The notes beneath the pieces were generated by a model. That model saw only the letters and a program-made list of their open reading frames with translations. It did not search any database and was not told where the DNA came from. A stretch of DNA of 64,000 nucleotides from assembly GCA_051047955.1 (NCBI GenBank), contig JBPGPT010000011.1, positions 248,001 through 312,000 of the forward strand. Direction: 5' to 3'. The stretch is from Cystobasidiomycetes sp. EMM_F5. Its lineage: Eukaryota. Both the position numbers and the translations under genes were made by a program. Of the stretch, positions 59,598 to 64,000 are shown one piece after another; the first letter of the stretch is position 1, and every line of letters begins with the position of its first letter.

Positions 59598-62093
59598 ATG
59601 GGCCAAACACCTGCAAAGCCATTAACCGAGATAATCGAGCGTCACCATTGGAATAGTGCAACCTCAGACACGCCCTGCACAACCACAGAGCTCAAGGGGG
59701 TCTTTGGAACATCACTCAAGCAGTGGGGAGAAGGCGGGCGATATCCAAATGCCACTGCTGTTCAGACTACCCGACCATCAGCCAACAACATGCGTAGAAG
59801 AAGTTCTTGCAAGTCGCGCTCGTCTCGAGGAATGACTGGTCGTCGAGGTCGACAGCAACGCGGTAACCTCCCTTCGGCAGGCGGGCCTCGATCAAGAACA
59901 AAAAGCGGAAAGCGACATCAGATCGGAGGATTGCGTGTTAAAGGCACACAGGCTGGTCCTGGCCCTTCTCCTAGCCCAAGCTTCAAGCTTCTTTCGTCCC
60001 CACGTCCGCCCACAATGGCTGTTATGACGTGCGATGTACCCCGGATAGACATTATTACGTGCTCACCAAACCTCGACATGAACCTGGATTTGGAGGGAGT
60101 TGCATACGACAATATTCCTATGGAGAAGGTCGAAGTCGCTTCGCCTGTACTTCCGCTGACACCGCCGCAGAATCTGCCTGTGCTTCCTCGCTCTCCTAGC
60201 ATGCCAGCAGTCATTACGCATCCGCTACCGGCGTACATCACTCCGCCCTCCACCATCAAGAAATCAAGGCCATCGACTTCGCCGAACCCAGCCCCGCTCA
60301 TCGAGGAAGGCGTTTGCGATAAAATCGACTCGACAGCACATACGCCTCTACTGCCGCTTCCTGGCTGTGATGTTGGGACCGAAGTCTTTGTCAATCAAGT
60401 CTCGTCATCGATATCGCCGAATCCGCACGCGACATGCCAAGAAACTTACAATCTCCCGCGAAGCTCCGTGGCCATGTTACCACCTCTCGCTACGGCGACA
60501 GCGCTATCCACGACCATTTATCCATCGTGCAGTAGCAACAGTCGTAATCACGATACCGATGATGACGACATTGCATCTCCGGAATATTCTCGACTAGAAC
60601 CTGTTCGAAATCTCCGGATCACCAATCCTGATCCGGAGCAAGCACAACCTGTGGCTCCTTCCATTCAAGCACAACCAAAAGAATGGCGTCCCACGTTAGC
60701 CAACAAACGGAATGCTGTGTCTCCCATCATCAAGATGGTTCGGCATATGCCAATACATCAAGGGCACATGCCAATACATCAAGATCATGGCAGAAGAGCG
60801 TCTGGATCGGGTTCTGGGAATGTGTCAGACTCGCTCGGAGCGCCAGTTACGCCAACGTCTTGTTCTCCTGCCAGTCCATATCGCTTACTGAGTCCCGGTA
60901 CGCACTCGCCTACAAGCCCACACAGTACGGCTCAGACGAGCCTGTCTGCATCAAGTCCTCGCAAGAATGGTTTTGTAGCTTTGTGCGAAGGGATTAAGGA
61001 CAAGGAGCCGCACCTGCCATATCGTATCGAATCTCCAGCATATTCGAGTGACCCATTTGCAGAGCTCGATAAATTGGCACAGGGCCTTGAACAAGGCGAA
61101 TATATCAAACAGAGTGCGCTTAGATCCTCAAAGACTCCACCTCCTTCTCCTCGTCCGCTTCCTACTCCTCGCCTGGAGCAAGTGCATATCGATACATCCG
61201 CCGATCACAGAGAGACACTATTGATGAACAATCTTATCGATTTTGCGGACGAAGATGGTCCGCCTCTGCCGGAAAAGGAGGTTATGTATGGTATGTCCTC
61301 ACCTGGGCCGCAAGAAGGTGCACTTCCGCCACTTCGCCTCACTTCACCGTTCGAATCTAGTCGAATACTGCATGATGTGTTTGGTGGGCCACCGATCGGA
61401 CACTGTACGGCTTTTCCCGCGGCGAATGACCAACATGCGATGCGCCGTTCATCTGGAAACGCACTGGAGTCCGTTCCGCAGCTGGCTGCTTCTCATCCAG
61501 AGTCTCTGCGACCGAGATTGGCGAGATCGGGCGGGAGTGCGGCTCACCCTGCTAGTCCTGCTGCGGTTGGACTATACTTCCCGTCACCTGTTACCCGTGT
61601 AGGAGAAATACAGTCTGGAACAACGGAGGAGCATCCATCCCTACCGCAGCGTCGTGTCAGGAAGGGAAATGTCTTGAGATATCACGACGATACACGACAG
61701 CGTGCGTCCCATGATATGTACTGCTACGAGCCTGATTACTATAAACCGCGCGTCAAGGAGCACTCTGGACGAGGCCGTCCTTCCCCACTCTCTCCTCAGC
61801 ATCAGCATGGTCAATCACCGTCAGATCAGCAAAAGCTTCAAGATTATCCGCATTGCCAGTATACGATCGCGGAGAATGGAGACTCGTCCTCATCACCCTA
61901 TGCGCTCACTCGGCAGGCTGCATTCGATCTGCTGGCTCAGCTGGCCGTCGACGACTGCAGCCCGTTTGCAATGGACACTGCGAGCGGGGCTGTCCGGTTG
62001 GGAGAGTACAAGCGGGGATTCGACGGACTCGAGATTGCGAGATGGAGAGATGCAGTGTACAACTGCCCAGGGAAACTGTCTGGGTTTGAGTAG
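59598..62093 (+). CDS. Uncharacterised Pro/Ser-rich protein, intronless
   Basis: Open frame of about 830 codons from ATG MGQTPAK; no recognisable domain. Confidence 0.7.
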   Translation: MGQTPAKPLTEIIERHHWNSATSDTPCTTTELKGVFGTSLKQWGEGGRYPNATAVQTTRPSANNMRRRSSCKSRSSRGMTGRRGRQQRGNLPSAGGPRSRTKSGKRHQIGGLRVKGTQAGPGPSPSPSFKLLSSPRPPTMAVMTCDVPRIDIITCSPNLDMNLDLEGVAYDNIPMEKVEVASPVLPLTPPQNLPVLPRSPSMPAVITHPLPAYITPPSTIKKSRPSTSPNPAPLIEEGVCDKIDSTAHTPLLPLPGCDVGTEVFVNQVSSSISPNPHATCQETYNLPRSSVAMLPPLATATALSTTIYPSCSSNSRNHDTDDDDIASPEYSRLEPVRNLRITNPDPEQAQPVAPSIQAQPKEWRPTLANKRNAVSPIIKMVRHMPIHQGHMPIHQDHGRRASGSGSGNVSDSLGAPVTPTSCSPASPYRLLSPGTHSPTSPHSTAQTSLSASSPRKNGFVALCEGIKDKEPHLPYRIESPAYSSDPFAELDKLAQGLEQGEYIKQSALRSSKTPPPSPRPLPTPRLEQVHIDTSADHRETLLMNNLIDFADEDGPPLPEKEVMYGMSSPGPQEGALPPLRLTSPFESSRILHDVFGGPPIGHCTAFPAANDQHAMRRSSGNALESVPQLAASHPESLRPRLARSGGSAAHPASPAAVGLYFPSPVTRVGEIQSGTTEEHPSLPQRRVRKGNVLRYHDDTRQRASHDMYCYEPDYYKPRVKEHSGRGRPSPLSPQHQHGQSPSDQQKLQDYPHCQYTIAENGDSSSSPYALTRQAAFDLLAQLAVDDCSPFAMDTASGAVRLGEYKRGFDGLEIARWRDAVYNCPGKLSGFE

Positions 62094-62640
62094 GCAGACA
62101 GACACATGACGTGGCAGGGGTTGACTGGCACTGTCGGTCAGAGTCTGCAGCGTGCCTCGTATGACCACCGTGTAGCATACACCACTCCGCCAATGTAGAT
62201 ACGCCGTCATTGTCGCCGTCTCCGCACTCGCTCGCTCAACACCACCGCTAGTCCCCTTTGAGCCTTGCAGAATTTGCAGCAAAAATCCCTCGATCAATTT
62301 TGGGTGCCTGGATGAAAATAGGGGCTAGACGGGAGTGTCGCCTCGCACTTTGGCTGGCGACTCGGCGGACGGGAATACGCGGGTTGGCTTTGCCATTTTC
62401 ATTTAACAAAAAAAAAGAAAAGGGCAGCCAGGCACCGCTCGATCGCCGTTCATTACAAACTCGACGAGGGCTGATTACAATTCTCGGTCGAGCATTACCA
62501 TTCCGGATTGTAATACCCTGGCATACCCTGATAAGGCAAATCATTCGACGACGATTCAAATCAAATAATCCAATCAAGATTTACTCCTAATCACACTGCC
62601 AGCAATACACACACACCTCTGCATCCATACACTCCGCTGA

Positions 62641-64000
62641 ATGTCGGCACTCGATGCACTCGCTTCCGAGGCATTGCTGAATGGCAGCGGCAGCAGTGGG
62701 AAGGAGAACGGACACCAAGGGAATGGCCAGCTGAATGGCCAGATGAACGGCCATCAAGAGGCAGACGCGGCCAACGATGGCAACGCCGTCGCTTCTCTGG
62801 CTCACGAAGAAGCTGTCGGCGGTCCTCCGATGCCCCCAGCAGGACAGGCATTGGCGACGCTCAAGCAGCAGCAGCTTGGAACGACCATTCCAGCGTCGTC
62901 GTCTGTAACGCATCCGCACGGCGACGGCGCAATGGCAGCTGCAGACGGTCGACTGGATACGGCCGACTTGCCGCATACGAACGGGTACACCGACGAGTAC
63001 CGTATCCCAGCGGAGCCTGCAATGTCGGCAGACGTAGATCAGCCAATCTCCAGCACGTCCGAGACTACAAATAGCCCCGCTGTGGAAGCCGTCAAGCCCG
63101 CATCACATCCCCCGGCACCCGCGTCAGCCAGTCTGCAGAGCATCCTCTCACAACCTGGGGATACGTACGATGACTACTCCGCCCAGACGCAGAGCGCCGA
63201 CACTCCCTCGATGGATTCGTTGCCAAATGAACCTACCCCACTGCCGTCGCAACTCCTCCACGGCACTGCCGACACCACGGATAGTCTGCTGGATGCACCG
63301 CACACGTCCTCTCATCAACTTCCTGGAGAGCTCGAACCTCAAGAAACTCCAACAGCTGCCATGCCTCCCTCTCACGACTTGCAACCCCAATCCACACCAT
63401 CGCTTTTGGATGCGCAAGACAGCAGTGCTCCCTCCGACGCTCCATCTCCCAACACGCTGGCAAAGCGACCGTTTGAAGCGGATGCAGGCGTACACTCACA
63501 AGCAGATTTGACCGTAAACGGCCAAGAAGGAGGATATGAGCCAGATAGCAAACGCGCCAGGATGGAGCCCTCACTCTCGCTCAATCAAGAACAGCAACTG
63601 CATCAAACCGGAGAGATTATGCCTTCTCACTATCCTACCGGGATCAAAGCAGAAGGAAGTGACTTCAATCTCGACCCGTCCTTCCAGTCTCAAGGGATGC
63701 CAATCAACGAGATTAAAGCAGAGCAAGGACACGATCAAGCAACATTTACGACTTCAGCGGATGCAGAGGGCGATGGTGATGCGGAAGACGCAGAGGACGC
63801 CCTCGGCGATATGGACTATTCAGGCATGAACGATTCGTCAATCATGCCGCAGGACACAAGCTTGGATCAATCTGGTGTTATGGATCAGTCCGGAATGGTA
63901 TGTTGAACACCATAGCTTGTAATTATTTGGCCGTTTTTACTGATCTGCCTCCTCTTACAGGTCAATGAGCCTACTTCGTACTCTTTGCCTATCGAAACAT
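62641..64000 (+). CDS. Uncharacterised protein, acidic low-complexity N-terminus; runs off the right edge
   Basis: About 420-codon open frame from MSALDALASEA; KRP..KRAR NLS-like segment; intron GTATGT..CAG near 63898-63960. Confidence 0.75.

Noticed and set aside
62641..64000. Assignment as a bromodomain (BDF1-like) protein
   Set aside because: Only a low-complexity N-terminus is visible; no domain lies within the window.
1..64000. tRNA, rRNA, CRISPR arrays, telomeric repeats, intact transposons, stop-codon reassignment
   Set aside because: None recognised by eye (not a substitute for tRNAscan/cmscan); conserved genes end normally in TAA, TAG and TGA.

Overview
Gene-dense fungal nuclear DNA with many short (about 45-110 nt) spliceosomal introns. 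The intron style suggests a basidiomycete, probably a Pucciniomycotina-type yeast (inference only). I reconstructed 27 protein-coding genes by hand-splicing, so their boundaries are approximate. They include an ACO2-like aconitase, a stand-alone HIRAN protein, PUB1/TIA-1, a wax-synthase-type MBOAT, PIG-U, a GT32 enzyme, PIG-L, a flavin monooxygenase, an acid sphingomyelinase, a double-START protein, PEX39, two GH26s, an ADP-ribosyltransferase-fold protein, DSF2/Nif1-like, BNI4-like, an UPF1-family helicase, SPC25, a homeobox factor, a glutaredoxin, a bZIP factor and an ABC1 kinase. The standout structure is invisible in the ORF track: a ~1.2 kb inverted duplication (1972-3180 / 9118-10300, with fainter homology further out) enclosing a 5.9 kb three-gene block. 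Each arm carries a small Kex2-type secreted-protein gene followed by a complete U1 snRNA gene with a TATA box. Both U1 genes point inward and end 127-196 bp before the ATG of a same-strand gene. One of those genes encodes a PUB1/TIA-1-family protein, a family with U1 snRNP-interacting members. The two U1 copies are identical and fold canonically, but have a deviant Sm site, a variant U1-70K loop and an extended stem-loop II. Arm identity falls stepwise from 100% at U1 to ~93% and then ~70% outward, consistent with ongoing gene conversion and/or inversion between the arms.
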